DNA of 22,062 nucleotides, taken from contig NIVC01005197.1 of NCBI GenBank assembly GCA_002269645.1, forward strand, positions 1-22,062, read 5' to 3'. Of the stretch, positions 8,385 through 20,708 are shown one piece after another. Source of the DNA: Macrostomum lignano (taxonomy: Eukaryota). Position numbers and translations under genes: made by a program. Positions within the stretch are counted from its first letter, which is position 1; every line of letters begins with the position of its first letter. The notes beneath the pieces were generated by a model. The model had not been told where the DNA came from. It saw only the letters and a program-made list of their open reading frames with translations, and searched no databases.

Positions 8385-8980
8385 GGTTTCAACCTACTTC
8401 GGCGAAAGAATTTTCGGCGAAAGTCAAAAACGGCGAAAAATACTTTCGCAATGACCATTTGTCTAAAGCTGACCATTTCGGCGAAAAATTTATTCTAAGC
8501 TTCGCTGAGAAGTTTTTTGTTTTAGAAGTAAGCTAAAAAAACGACGAACTTTAAAAAGACTAATTTTATCTTAGCATGTTTTTGTTTTGTCGCAGTTTAA
8601 TTTAGTTGTTTTATTAGATGCCCTTCCATTACGGCGGAATTTCAAAGTACGATTTTAAGAGCCTGGTGATTTAATCTGAAAAACCACACCGTCATCATCC
8701 CTAATCTATTGACTGCATATCGATAGATCGCATGTACATAACATAGCTACGAGCTAAGTCATGAGTTTTTTAATTTTCTAACTGCAAATAATTTGCAGCA
8801 ATGAACAATTTATTAAAAGCTATAATCACCAAAGTGGTATATTTGCAATATATACGTAGCCCATCTTTTCGCCGCACTGGTCACTTTCTTTCGCCGAAAT
8901 GTACATCTATTGAAACTTAAAATTCACTTTCGCTGAAGCGTCCTTCGCCGAAAATTCTTTCGCCGAAATGGGCTGCACCC
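8385..8980. mobile_element. Non-autonomous TIR DNA transposon (MITE), Mutator-like
   Basis: Left GGTTTCAACCTACTTCGGCGAAAGAATTTTCGGCGAA versus reverse complement of right end GGGTGCAGCCCATTTCGGCGAAAGAATTTTCGGCGAA. Multiple subterminal TTCGGCGAAA repeats on both arms. Flanking direct repeat TTAAATTT (8377-8384 and 8981-8988; 9 bp if one G is counted as flank). Confidence 0.8.
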
Positions 8981-10858
8981 TTAAATTTGAAGCTTGCATG
9001 ACGCTTATTAATTTATTAGACAGGTACACTTTAAATGAAAATTGCTTACTTGGTGGATTTGAGAGGGGCCATGGCCTTTTGGCTTTCCCTTCGCTTCAGT
9101 TTCAGCTTAGCTTAAGCAGTTTTTAAGCTTAGCTTAGACCTAGCTATGTTATGGCCAAAAATTTGCCATCAAAGGGACATAGGAAGTAGGTATAGATTGT
9201 AACAATTATACCTAGCTAGGACACAATCTAAATTGTGTAGAAGCAAAAATTTTGTAGGCAAACATTGTTAAGCATGCCCTCAATCCTTCATGTCATGCTT
9301 AGGCAAACATCTTGGTCTTAAAGCAGGTCTTTTAGGCACTTGATATTAATCTTTACTATTTATTTATCAGCCTAGGCCTAGGGCCCTAGGCCCCTATGCA
9401 CTCTAAAAAATAAAGACAAGTTATAAAATATGAGGCCTAGTTGAAGAAAAGTTTTACTTTAAGCTTAGTAATTTTTTGGTGTAGCTAGGCTCTACCCTTA
9501 AATATGCATGCTAAATTCAAAATAGTGCCAAACCATACTCCAGGGTAAATCTCAAACACAGAAGTAAAAAAATTGACAAAAAATAAAAGTTCTGTGGCAT
9601 GCAAAATAATGCTTTACCTCTGAAGATTAAACAATAATATAATAATTTTTCTACTTAAAACCACAAGTAGGCCTGAATTTCAAGAAAGAATGCTGTTTGT
9701 TTTTTCGAAGGGTATTCTGACAACGATTAATACCGAAGATAAACTGTTTGTTTATTTAACATACAAAATTGTAGTTTTTGTTTTTTAGAGTTAAATTTCT
9801 ATTGGTTTGTAGTATACACAAAATATTCTTTGTTTTTAAGAAACATTTTGTTATAAATTGAGGCTGTTTATAGTTACTTAATTTAACGTGCTAAGAATCT
9901 GCCTGATTTAATATAAACGGAATATACGGTACCTAAACCATTTTTTATATATATATCGACAACATATCCCGTTGACGGACTGATAACGAACGGAGTTTAT
10001 TATTGATGGCAATGAAACGACGCCAATTGGTTTATTTATCTTTACTAAAATTTAATATGGCGAAACCTACAAATTCTGTAATATTCAGACTGACACCGAT
10101 GGATCATGGATCTAGTATTCAACTTGAACATATTTTAATTAAGCAAATGTATTGAATTTTCTTTAAATTACACGTTTGTCTCTTTAATTCAACTGAATCA
10201 AGTTTTGCAACTATCAAATTGCAAGCCATACCACAAAAATAACACCAATACTTTCCCTTAATTTCTTGACAAAGAACTCAAAGCTGCTGTTCTCTCATAC
10301 TGCTAAAAAGCTAGAAGTTAAAAAATATACTTATACATTTTACTTTTGAAGTTTTGACTAAGGTTTCCATCACTGATCAAATATATCGTCTGTAGAATGT
10401 AGATGTTTGTTTGTAAATTAAAGCAAAACAAAAAATTGCATGTATATTTCCCATTTCTACTTTAAAATGTGCAAGAAAAAACAGACTGAAACAGATACTT
10501 GAACTGCACTGGACTTATATAAAGAAGTGCAGACCATAAAAATGCAATGAAATTAAAAGCGTACAGTTACTCGCACTGGGAAAATGTACAACAGTAAATA
10601 AAAGCCAAAAAGATACTGGCAAAAAGAAAAAAAAAACAGAAAACTTACAGACTGAAAAATACTATATAAAGCAGATATGGCACTGAAAACTAAGAAAAAT
10701 GTAAATGGCAAATGGCAAATGTTAAACTGGAAACTAAAACATATATATATGCTGAGAGAAAGGTAATACAGTATGCTAAGAGAAAGCAACAGATGTACAG
10801 GCCAGGATAAGATGCAACTGACAGTACAAATACAGTATATAGGATTTCAAACTCTTAC

Positions 10859-11014
10859 ATAGATGTGTTAGTTTTTATGCCCAACACTGTAACTACACAG
10901 TGCACATGTGAAACAATGTGCATGTGTGGCATTTGGCATTGGCCCAGCCCAGCAATTCTTTCTACCCTCATGACTGCTATGCCATCATGGCCAACACTCC
11001 CTTCTTGCACTGTA
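10859..11014 (-). other. Candidate internal exon on the minus strand (unknown gene)
   Basis: GC-richer island bounded on the minus strand by ...TATCTCTATAG (alternative TACAG) and GTAAGA. 156 nt with one open frame (TVQEGSVGHDGIAVMRVERIAGLGQCQMPHMHIVSHVHCVVTVLGIKTNTS). No recognisable homology. Confidence 0.25.
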
Positions 11015-12740
11015 CTATAGAGATACATATAAATATATTCTATTATCATGCAATATCCACTTTTATTCCAGACAAGAAATGAATTTTGAAGTAAATTTGT
11101 GTATTGTAGAAAATAGAAACCATATAAGAATGAGGTATTATCATCTTAATGTTATCTGGTATCAATTTAAAGAAAATAACTGTAGTAATTTTAGGAATGT
11201 CTACATTGAAAATTGCCAAAATTTGCAAATAGACAGATAGACTCTCACTTTGTATTTTTGTAAATGAATACCAAGATAGCAGAGTACAATTGAAAATGAC
11301 TAAATAGAAATAATAGATATGGCATTCAAATTGCAAGGTAAACATATACTGCTACACACAGATATTGAGATATAAATACAAATAGAAGTAGATAGATTGT
11401 GCTTCCTAATTATGAGTAAAAAGGCTTTCTAAGGTGTCATTAAATACAATAAAAGTATGCAATACCAGGATTCTTTTTGCTTTCTCCTAACCATGCAAAC
11501 TGTTTCTAAGGGTTCCTGTTCCTGCCATACCTATTGTCTTTTGCTAGCCCAAATAGGCATTCAAATATGATAACATTGGAGGAATATATTAAATACATTG
11601 GCAAAAACAAATTAGAATATTTATATGGATTACCAAACATTAGAGCTCAAAATATACACATAAGATCAAAATTGAATATCATTACAAGCGAATTCATCAA
11701 AGATTTTCATACAAAAATAAACAAACTGCTTACTTAAGTATGTTAGTTGGCTATAAATGGTAAAAACCCATATAATGAACTTAATAAGGTCTATACTTCT
11801 TTAGTAAAATCACAAGAACATGCAATAAAAAACTACTCTTTGTTTAGTATTTTTCTACATAATAACAAGTTTTGGGAACATTTACATGCTTATGAGCTGA
11901 GTAAACTTACACCTTACAGGAAATTTTGTGCTCATGAAAAAAGTCAAAATGTAACATCAATAGGCATAAGTAAGTAACAATGCATTGACAGTCGCAGATA
12001 AAACAAAATAACAATATTTAAAATGTCTCTGAAAGAATGAATCACTAAAGATCAAAATGTTTGGCGTTGTTTATCAGAAAACCTACACCTTACAGGAATT
12101 TTTCAACAGTAGACAAGTGTCATGCAATTAAGACAGGGCTAAATAAGTTCATAAATATTGAAAACACAGCCGTAAAATATCCACAAGCTCACAGATAAAG
12201 GTTTTCCCCTATATTTTCAGTCATTGTCCCATAGACAAAAATAGTACACGTACACAAAAGAGCGTTATGAAACAAAAAAACGTACTTAAAGTACAAGTCA
12301 GAAAAATACGTTTTCGGTCGCTATCGCCACGATAAAAGCATAAGCTCTGGCTAAAAGTTTAAAGACACATTTTTCAATCAGTTTTTTATAAATAAAAGTT
12401 AAATTTATGTACAAATACTTCTGGTTTAACAATTAAATTCATGCTGAAAGAAAAAATTTGTTTATAACTTACGTATATTTCAATTTGAGATTTACCCTCC
12501 ATAGTTCAAATCATATATTAATGTATGCCACAGTCCAATCAGTGGGGAAAAGCATGCTTTTGTTTGTATGCTAGGACTAAAAATATGTCATTAAGAGTGT
12601 TTGTGTTTCTACTATATTTGTATCATCATGTAGGCTTATACTAGGATGTTTATTAAAGTAATGTATATTGAAAATTGCTAATACCTCTATTGTAACTTGT
12701 ATGCCAGGAAATCCTAGCATACATGATATATGTCAATTGC

Positions 12741-13596
12741 GGTTCCTGGACACTTTGTCATCTTACCAGTTCGTCATCCAGATGATGAAGTGACCATGGT
12801 TTTTGGACACTTCATCATACAAAAAAATTGTTAGAAATCTAGATGACGAAGTGACCAAATTTTAAGGACACTTCGTCATCGCAAGATTTCGCAAAGCTGT
12901 AAAATTGTTATTCGATTGTTTTTTATATATGTAAATTGTTTCTCAATCAATAGTATGTAAAATATATGATTAAATACACGTTTAGGGATTCAACTTCTTG
13001 CTATAATTGGCATCTAAATGCACGCTATATGTGTACAAGTGTTGATTGTAATTTTATTATAGCTTTGCTTCCACAACCATGTGTGGAGTTGTAACAATGT
13101 AGATTTAATTATGTTTATGAATAGTGTATTTTTTAGTATTTATTATTATTTATTTTTTAAATTGTATTTAATTTTGCTATTCAGGTATGCAAATTTACAA
13201 TTCATTATTATTTTTGTTTCATTGTATGATTACAAGATTTTGTATGGTATTCAAAACCGCGAGTAGAATTTAATTTTGTACTGATCGCGATATCTTCTCT
13301 TCTCCAGCTCTTCCCCTGTCGTAGTTAATCCACATTAATTATCAGTTAGTTAATCAATTAGTTAATACTCAGTGTAGCCACCTATATTTATGACTACTCA
13401 ATACAACTTAGCTGACAAAGTTACATATAGCTATTCATTCAATAAGTTTTTCAGACAAAGTGGATGACGAAGTGTCCAGGGAGTAGATGACGATGTGTCC
13501 ACAATAGTATCGTAGATGACAAAGTGGTAAGATGACGAAGTGTCTAGAAATATGAGTGGATGACGAAGTAGTAAGATGACGAAGTGTCCAGGAACC
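12741..13596. mobile_element. Non-autonomous TIR DNA transposon (MITE), Mutator-like, 9-bp TSD
   Basis: Left GGTTCCTGGACACTTTGTCATCTTACCAGTTCGTCATCCA versus reverse complement of right end GGTTCCTGGACACTTCGTCATCTTACTACTTCGTCATCCA. Arms built of GATGACGAAGTG subrepeats. Perfect flanking direct repeat GTCAATTGC (12732-12740 and 13597-13605). Confidence 0.9.
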
Positions 13597-13729
13597 GTCA
13601 ATTGCTTTCTAAACTATAAATAGGCCTACCAAACAATGTAGTATTAGGGATATATCCAAAAGTTTCATTTTCAGGATAAGAGGGCTAGTTGGGGCCTAAT
13701 AAAAACTAAAGGGGCAATTATAATACTAT

Positions 13730-13920
13730 CAAAGAGTAGAAAAAAAGAAAGATAAGAGAGCAAAGATAAGACAGAAAAGATGAAGGAATATTGACAAGAG
13801 AATGGAGAGAGAAAAGATAGGGAAAAAAATACATAAGAAAAAGAAAATAGAAGAAACAAAAAAGAAGATATAAGTTTCAAAGGATCTAAGAAGAATAAAG
13901 CAAGGTAGAGACAAAGGCCA
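13730..13920. repeat. Purine-rich (A/G) low-complexity tract
   Basis: Nearly all A/G with scattered T/C; produces the spurious F/L/S-rich minus-strand ORFs. Confidence 0.8.
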
Positions 13921-14494
13921 GAGCACCTAGTCAACAAGATCAATGCTTGCTTCTAATCTTAATTTTATACAATTTATTCTATTTATATTCATCTCTATCC
14001 TAATGATTAGGCCCTAAGGCCTAACAAGTTTTTGTTTGAGTATGACTTCAAATTTAATAGTAAACTATTGTTTCTAAAATTAAAATTGTTAAAAAGAAAA
14101 AAAGGGTTTTTCAAATTCTTTTTTAAAAAATCCAAAGTAGGCCTTAAAATAGTAGAGAACCTATGGCCTAACAGGCCCTCCGTGACCCTCCCTTAGTTGC
14201 ATCACTGGGTAGCAAAGGCTTAATTCAATTCTAATATTAACATGCTTTATTTAATTAATAAAAGAATAAATATATTTTATTTGTTACAAATGATCATTGA
14301 CATTAATATTAGGCCTAGTCAGCTCTATAAGGTTCTTAATAGAGGAAACTAATTGTAAATTGATACATGGCAAGATATAGAGGCAATGGTTCTTAATCAT
14401 TTTGCCATTTGTCATTTTATTATCTAGGGCAGGGGTCCTTTAGCCCTTAGGTCCTTTGAAACTTTATAGTAGCAATCTGGCCTAATTTAGGTTT

Positions 14495-14712
14495 ATGTCT
14501 CTTCTCTTTTCTTTTCTCTTATCCCATTTATTTTTCCCTTTTCCTTTCTCTTTTTTTCTGTCTTCTTCTCTTTTGTCCTTTCTTTTCCTATCCTCTTTTT
14601 TCTTTTATCCTTTCTTTTTTCTCTCCTTTCTTATATTCTACTTTTTCCTCTCTTATTTTATTCTTTCTTATCCTTTTCTTTCTTCTCTCTTGTCTTCTCC
14701 TCCTTTGTTTTA
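14495..14712. repeat. Pyrimidine-rich (C/T) low-complexity tract
   Basis: About 215 nt of almost pure C/T; produces the spurious F/L/S ORF at 14495. Confidence 0.85.
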
Positions 14713-15751
14713 GTCACTTTGTTATCTTAAGTAGCATATACTAACCTAACTGAGGAAGTATTTTCATTATCTACTAAGCATGTCTATTCTAAGCAAATTA
14801 TAGTCAGAAAAATTATAAATGAAGTAAAAGTTTGAAATGTTTAGATTTTGGATAAAAATTTTAATATTCGAGACTTGATATCCATTTTTTAATATTAGTG
14901 ACTTTCTCACTAGAAGATTATTACAGTGTCTAAATTTCTAGTTAAATAGCTTTGTATATATTGTTATCTATATTCAATGCAATTTTATTTATTATTAATG
15001 GCTACTTTGCTCCTTGTCACTTCATTATATAATATGATAAAATAGAATATAATAATCTAACTAGCAACCATGACAAGTTTAGCATATTGTATTTTGAAAA
15101 TTGTATTCTTTTGTTATAGTTTAGTTCTAGTTATATATTGATAAGTTAAACCATCTCATATGTAGTATTTTTCAACTGGCCAAATATGTGTATAATAATA
15201 TAGGTCTTTTTCTATTAAGCATCATTTCTTATAGATTTCACATTTGATATAGATTGTGCCCCCTATAGACACACTTCCATAGTCAGGAAACTTATCTTTG
15301 TTAAAATAGGAAAAACTATCCCCATTCTTAAAAGGATAAAAATGCTTTTATAAAGTTGGCCTTATCTGGATTTGCTATTGATAACACAGAATATTAAACA
15401 ATAAAGTCAATAATATGGCATTCAGAAATTGAAACTATGCAATTAGTCTTAATTGCTTTAGCCTTATATTATTAAATATTAAATTGTCAGAGTATAGTTG
15501 ATTTGAAACTTTAAAAAAAAGGTAATGAAAAATTTCATAAATATGATTCACTATATTATTTTTTGACATAATAGGAGTTAAATAAAGTTTTTTTATGCAA
15601 ACAGAGCATTCAAGAATAAACTGAAGCATATTTTTGCCTTAAGGCAGTTATTTGCATTTGGAATTTGTCATGTCTTTGATGCATTTTGTTTGAGTTATAT
15701 TATAGAACTATGGAAAAATATTGACTTTCAGCATTCACATCTGTGCACAGA

Positions 15752-15832
15752 ATGGCAGAAAGCAATGACCAACCAGTTCCCAAAACGGAATTGGAAGAAA
15801 TTCAACTTCTAATGAATCAAAAAACTGATGAG
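15752..15832 (+). CDS. SNAP25: SNAP-25 family t-SNARE, first coding exon (MAESNDQPVPKTELEEIQLLMNQKTDE)
   Basis: PKTELEEIQ...TDE matches the SNAP-25 N-terminus (Drosophila PKTELEELQ...ADE, human RNELEEMQ...ADE). The exon ends in phase 0 at GAG|GTATGT, the intron position that precedes SLESTRRM in human SNAP25. Upstream acceptors at 15730-31 and 15749-50. Confidence 0.85.
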
Positions 15833-16639
15833 GTATGTTTTATTAACAGTTTCAGTTTTATTGCACTTCTAGGTAGTACAAAATTTTTAGCATTCAAAGC
15901 ACTGTTTTTTAGGTATGCTACTTACCAGTAGAGTGATCAGTGTATATACTTGTTTTATAGATTGCATAGTCTACTGGCCATGCCTGGTAAGTGCATATTG
16001 GCTTGTAAGTTAATGCTAGATCTATTTACAGTTGATCTGTGATCAGTTCTTTCAGTTATTATTTTTGTTTTTTAATTGAATTTTTATTTCGTCTAAAGGA
16101 AGTATTTTACATTTTTCTATCATTTTTTTCTTTACTTTACTTACTTCACCTTTCTTTTCTTGGTTGTTATTGACGATTGCTGTGCCCTTTAAGCTGATTT
16201 TTTATATCCTTAATCAGCTGATTTTGTTGCTTGAGTGCCATTCAATAGTTCAGCATTGCTGAAAGATCTGGACGCGAAGGTCGTACAGTCTTGGAAAGCT
16301 TTTAGCATGGGCCACTTAGATATTACTGCTTCTCTACTTTGAGTTCAGTAGTAATGAAGAATGTGTAAGCTATTTCATGAAAAGAAAGACAGTTTGGGAT
16401 GTCTGCACTTTTAGATGTCTATCTAACACACCCAAATATGTCTATGGCCTAACACACCCAAGCATGTCTATGGCCTAGACAGAGCTTTGACTTTGAGTTG
16501 TTCCTCCGCCCTCTTACTCCCCAAAAAGGTAGTTAAATTGTTTTGGAAACAATTAACAATAGTACATCTGCGCGTTGAACTATCGTGGTTTTGGGTTATT
16601 AATGATTGCTAGCAACCATAATAATTATAATAATTAATA

Positions 16640-17560
16640 TAGGATTTTTCGTTTGATTTCATGAAATTGTCATTTGATTTCGTCCATAGAAGTTGGCAGC
16701 GCGGCCATAGAGTCTATGGCAATAAAGTGCGCTGTTTTCCGATTGAATTCATGACTTTGCCACTTCATTTCGACTTGACGCGCGGAGTGGCTCAAACACT
16801 GCCAGAGGGGGCTGGGATATCAGTGGGTGAATATCTATGGCCAAACCTCTCATAGAAATGAAAAGCCTATATGAACGTGTCCTCTTGGGCAAGAGTCACC
16901 TTCCTTGTGTGCCTAAAAATGGCTGCATACGCGTCCATTGGAAACGTATAAACGCGGCCAATCGTATTCAACTGTGAACTAACTCTGCCACCGTACTCTC
17001 CATTTCTTAACGCCGCGGAGCAGGCACACAGTTGTCTCAAGGCTTCGCTTAAACGCCAGCTAGCAACACCTGAGCTTCAACAGGAACTTAGCTATCCGCC
17101 TGATGGCATCAACCTAACGCAGTGGAGACTCATGATGCTTTTCCGCTGCGGCTACGTTGCACTAGAGGAAATTTCCGCCGCGAAGTTCTTGCCTGGGAAC
17201 GACATGTGATGCGGTTTCTGCCCCTGTGCATCAATGAGCAGCAGATAATGTGAAATTTGTAGCTTGTTGCAGCGAACGAGCATTAACTTTGGCGGACATA
17301 ACTGATTTCACTGATTGCAACTGCCTACTTCCTCATGTGACTTAAATACACAGCTTTCTGTTTTTAACAGTTCTTTCTGTACTGGACAAGCGCATCGACT
17401 TTTCTGTTGCCTTTCTACTGGGTATGTCGAAATGAAGTGGCAAAGTTATGAATTCAATTGGAAAACAGCGCACTTTATTGCCATAGACTCTATGGCCGCG
17501 CTGCCAACTTCTATGGACGAAATCAAATGACAATTTTATGAAATCAAACGAAAAATCCTA
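16640..17560. mobile_element. MITE / non-autonomous DNA transposon with ~135-bp near-perfect TIRs (superfamily unresolved)
   Basis: 16640-16773 (TAGGATTTTTCGTTTGATTTCATG...CACTTCATTTCGAC) is the near-perfect reverse complement of 17426-17560. TAG...CTA termini flanked by TA on both sides. Confidence 0.9.
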
Positions 17561-18609
17561 TAATTGATTACACGTGCCCTAATGGGCAGATGTGCAACCG
17601 ACAGCTCAGCCGCAGCTATTGCGCGGCGCATCTGAAGGCTGCGTACGGCTGTAGCAACCATGCATGTAGGCAAAAGTGCGTGCTTCTTCGAAAGCAGAAA
17701 TTGAAGCGACTCGCCGCTTGTCGGCTAAACACTTAGCAAGGCCCATCTTTCTGACTTCTTCCGCAGGCGATTAGCTCTGCAGCATCTGCTTCTGCAAAGC
17801 CTTAAGCGCCTGAGCTCCCCGTGGATTTAGGACAGGGCCTCTTTATATAAATAGTCGCCTCTGGCTAGCAACTGAATGTCATGCAAAAATTCGAGCAGTT
17901 ATCATCCCATTGGATAGATAGGGGGTGCGGGAAGTTGTGGCCCGCCTGGCTTCGCTGAGTTCGCGCGTGCTGATGTGTGCGTTTTTTATTACACTCATTT
18001 GAGAGGCTTCGTGTGGCCTTGATTGGGTTAATTTCCCTGCTGGCTGACACTGGCAAATCAGACTCATTCTCTTCCTCTTGGCTATCTCACTGCTGCTGCT
18101 TATGCCTCTGGCCCGCCTGCGCTGTCCCATCAAATCAAATATCCAACGATGGAGCAGACAGGCGGGAAGCACAGACAGGCGGCTGTCTTGCGTCCCCCGC
18201 CGCCGCTGCCGAAGCTTCCGCTTGCCTTGCTCGGATTCTGCCTGCCTCCCTTGTCCAGTCGAGGAAAGGAAAGGAAATGAGAGAGATGAGAAGCTCGGGG
18301 TACCGGTCAGCTCTGAGTTTGTCCATCGGGCCTAACGATTGCTTCGCTTAACAACTTTATTATTGTTGTTGTACCCGTTATAGTCTGGTCTGTATGTACG
18401 GTCACCATTGAGTATCTTTTGAGTATCGGCATCCAGTAGAAGTTCAATTAGACATGATTTTCCTTAAACAAAGCCCATAAATTTCATGAAACCTAGCATA
18501 GATATGAACAGACTGAACTGCTAATGTAGCTACCGGGTTTGACTTTATTAATTAAAATCTTTTTAAACTGAGGCAGATTTAACGAAAAGGAATTAAAATA
18601 AAAGATTCA

Positions 18610-19090
18610 CCATGTCAACTATAAAAAGCCTCATGTCAGCCATAAAACAATCGCCATGTCAGCCATAAAACAATCGCCATGTCAACCATAAAACAATCGC
18701 CATGTCAGCCATAAAACAATCGCCATGTCAGCCATAAAACAATCGCCATGTCAGCCATAAAACAATCGCCATATCAGCCATAAAACAATCGCCATATCAG
18801 CCATAAAACAATCGCCATGTCAGCCATAAAACAATCGCCATGTCAGCCATAAAACAATCGCCATATCAGCCATAAAACAATCGCCATGTCAGCCATAAAA
18901 CAATCGCCATGTCAGCCATAAAACAATCGCCATGTCAGCCATAAAACAATCGCCATATCAGCCATAAAACAATCGCCATGTCAGCCATAAAACAATCGCC
19001 ATGTCAGCCATAAAACAATCGCCATGTCAGCCATAAAACAATCGCCATATCAGCCATAAAACAATCGCCATGTCAACCATCAAAGAATCG
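18610..19090. repeat. 23-bp tandem satellite, ~20 copies plus one degenerate flanking unit
   Basis: CCATGTCAGCCATAAAACAATCG repeated head to tail, with a recurrent G>A variant (CCATATCAG). Confidence 0.97.
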
Positions 19091-20661
19091 TCTTTTTGGC
19101 TTTTTAGCTTTTTCTTTTGTACACCATTTTCGTTAAGAAACTAACAATAACTGCTGTACCAAATCACCAAAAAACATCAAGCTCGGCCGAACCCTAATGT
19201 GCTGTGTGGCTATCGGTGCGTGGCTTTGGAAGTTGGGACTCTGCAGACTCCAGCTCTGAATTCGTTTAACGGTTTAACTTAACTTTCATTTTTACAATCT
19301 CCTCGCCCTGAGCTTTATTGATCCCTGAGCGTGTGCGGAAGTGGCAAAGGTAGCCGTCTGCCGCCTCCCTTTCTCAATTTCCTCTGCTGAATGTCTCAGA
19401 CTGTGCTGGGTGTTACACGCTAGAAAATTAAACCCCACGGCATAGTGCATGCACGGAGCAACGGGGCTTCTAGTTGTAAAAAATCGACTTTTCTCTCTTC
19501 CCTGGCTGATGCTGATGAAGCTTTAGCTGAGGAGGCTAAAGGTTGGGTGGATCCGCCGTGGGCAAGTGGCAAGCTGCTAGTTGTCAGGCATGCGACCTTG
19601 AGACCTAGAGCAGTTATCCTCCCCTTCTGCAGCTCCAGCTGGACTACTTTTCCGTCCCAGTCTCCAGCCCCCACACTCCATCCTTTCCATTTCTGCCTTG
19701 ACTATTAGTGCGAGCCGGCTGCTGCTGCTGCAACTACTTGCTTACTTTGAAAGAGAAGAAGAGGAATTGTCGGCAGAGCCATTCAGCCTACCGCAGTTAT
19801 CCCACCTCAGTGGCCCGCCGTCTCAGCCACAGTGTCTATGGCTCGGGGTCTGCCTCGCATTGAGCCGTCCTAATTCTCCCCAATCCCAGTCTGCCTGTAG
19901 AAAACTCGCCCTCTCAACTCCCCCGCTCCAGCCTCAGGCTGAGCCTGGCGGGCTATGCAAACTCTTTCCCGAGCCTGCCAGCCAACCGCGCGGGCTCGGC
20001 TCCCAGTTATTCCTGGCACTCCTCCCCTGTCTCTCTGTCTACCGGTTACTATCGACCGGGCTTGAAATAAAAGTGACAATACTAGGATATGAATGAGACG
20101 GCAGGTCGGAGCGGCTCCGTGGGTGTCTGTTTATCCCAGTGAGCCCATCAGTTTTCCCGGTAACTCCGTCTGAATAAAAATAATTGTCGAGGCGCCCAGG
20201 ATGTCTAATCGGCGAAACCAGCCCGCTGATGTCGGGGGCGTCCATCTGGACGAGAATGGCGAGCCGCGTCCGCTCACGAGGCCGAGGAGCTCATGATGGA
20301 GATCGACCGGGCTCAGAACGAAGTGCGTTTCATTGCTCATTTGCACCTCCCCCCGCCAATCGGAATCCTCCTTTGACAGCCGTCTTTGTCCCCCTTCCTG
20401 CCAGGGGGTTACTGCTCAGTTCTCATTGCTTAATTATTGTATGAACTTCCGCATTTCCAGCTTCTCTCCATTTCCACGATTAAATGAACTTCTATTGGAG
20501 AGAAAGGCTCTGCGCGAGTTTGAAGGGATTAGGCTTGACAAAGCAGCGCAGAGGAGACAGGCAGTGAAGTGCAGTCGGACGGATTGGTGGGAAGAATAAC
20601 CGGGCTAAGACATTGCAGACAGAAAAACAGACTGACTGAAAAAACAGACTAGCAGATAGGT

Positions 20662-20708
<47 letters not shown>

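Noticed and set aside
11534-11977. ORFs containing YLYGLPNIRAQNIHIR, reminiscent of the Penelope RT motif LYGLPKIHKPNIPLRP
   Set aside because: Similarity is limited to one short motif in very AT-rich sequence, with no further RT motifs; it would need a TBLASTX/HMM hit.
10553-14713. F/L/S/I-rich ORFs resembling membrane proteins
   Set aside because: Translations of purine/pyrimidine-skewed and AT-rich low-complexity DNA.
16283-16305. TACAG|TCTTGGAAAGC as a possible SNAP-25 next exon (SLES...)
   Set aside because: Phase 0 gives SWK; even with a 1-bp correction it reads SLESF-stop rather than SLESTRRM.
17750-17803. Strong acceptor CTGACTTCTTCCGCAG
   Set aside because: Downstream sequence does not encode SNAP-25 and hits a stop after 12 codons in phase 0; no supporting donor identified.
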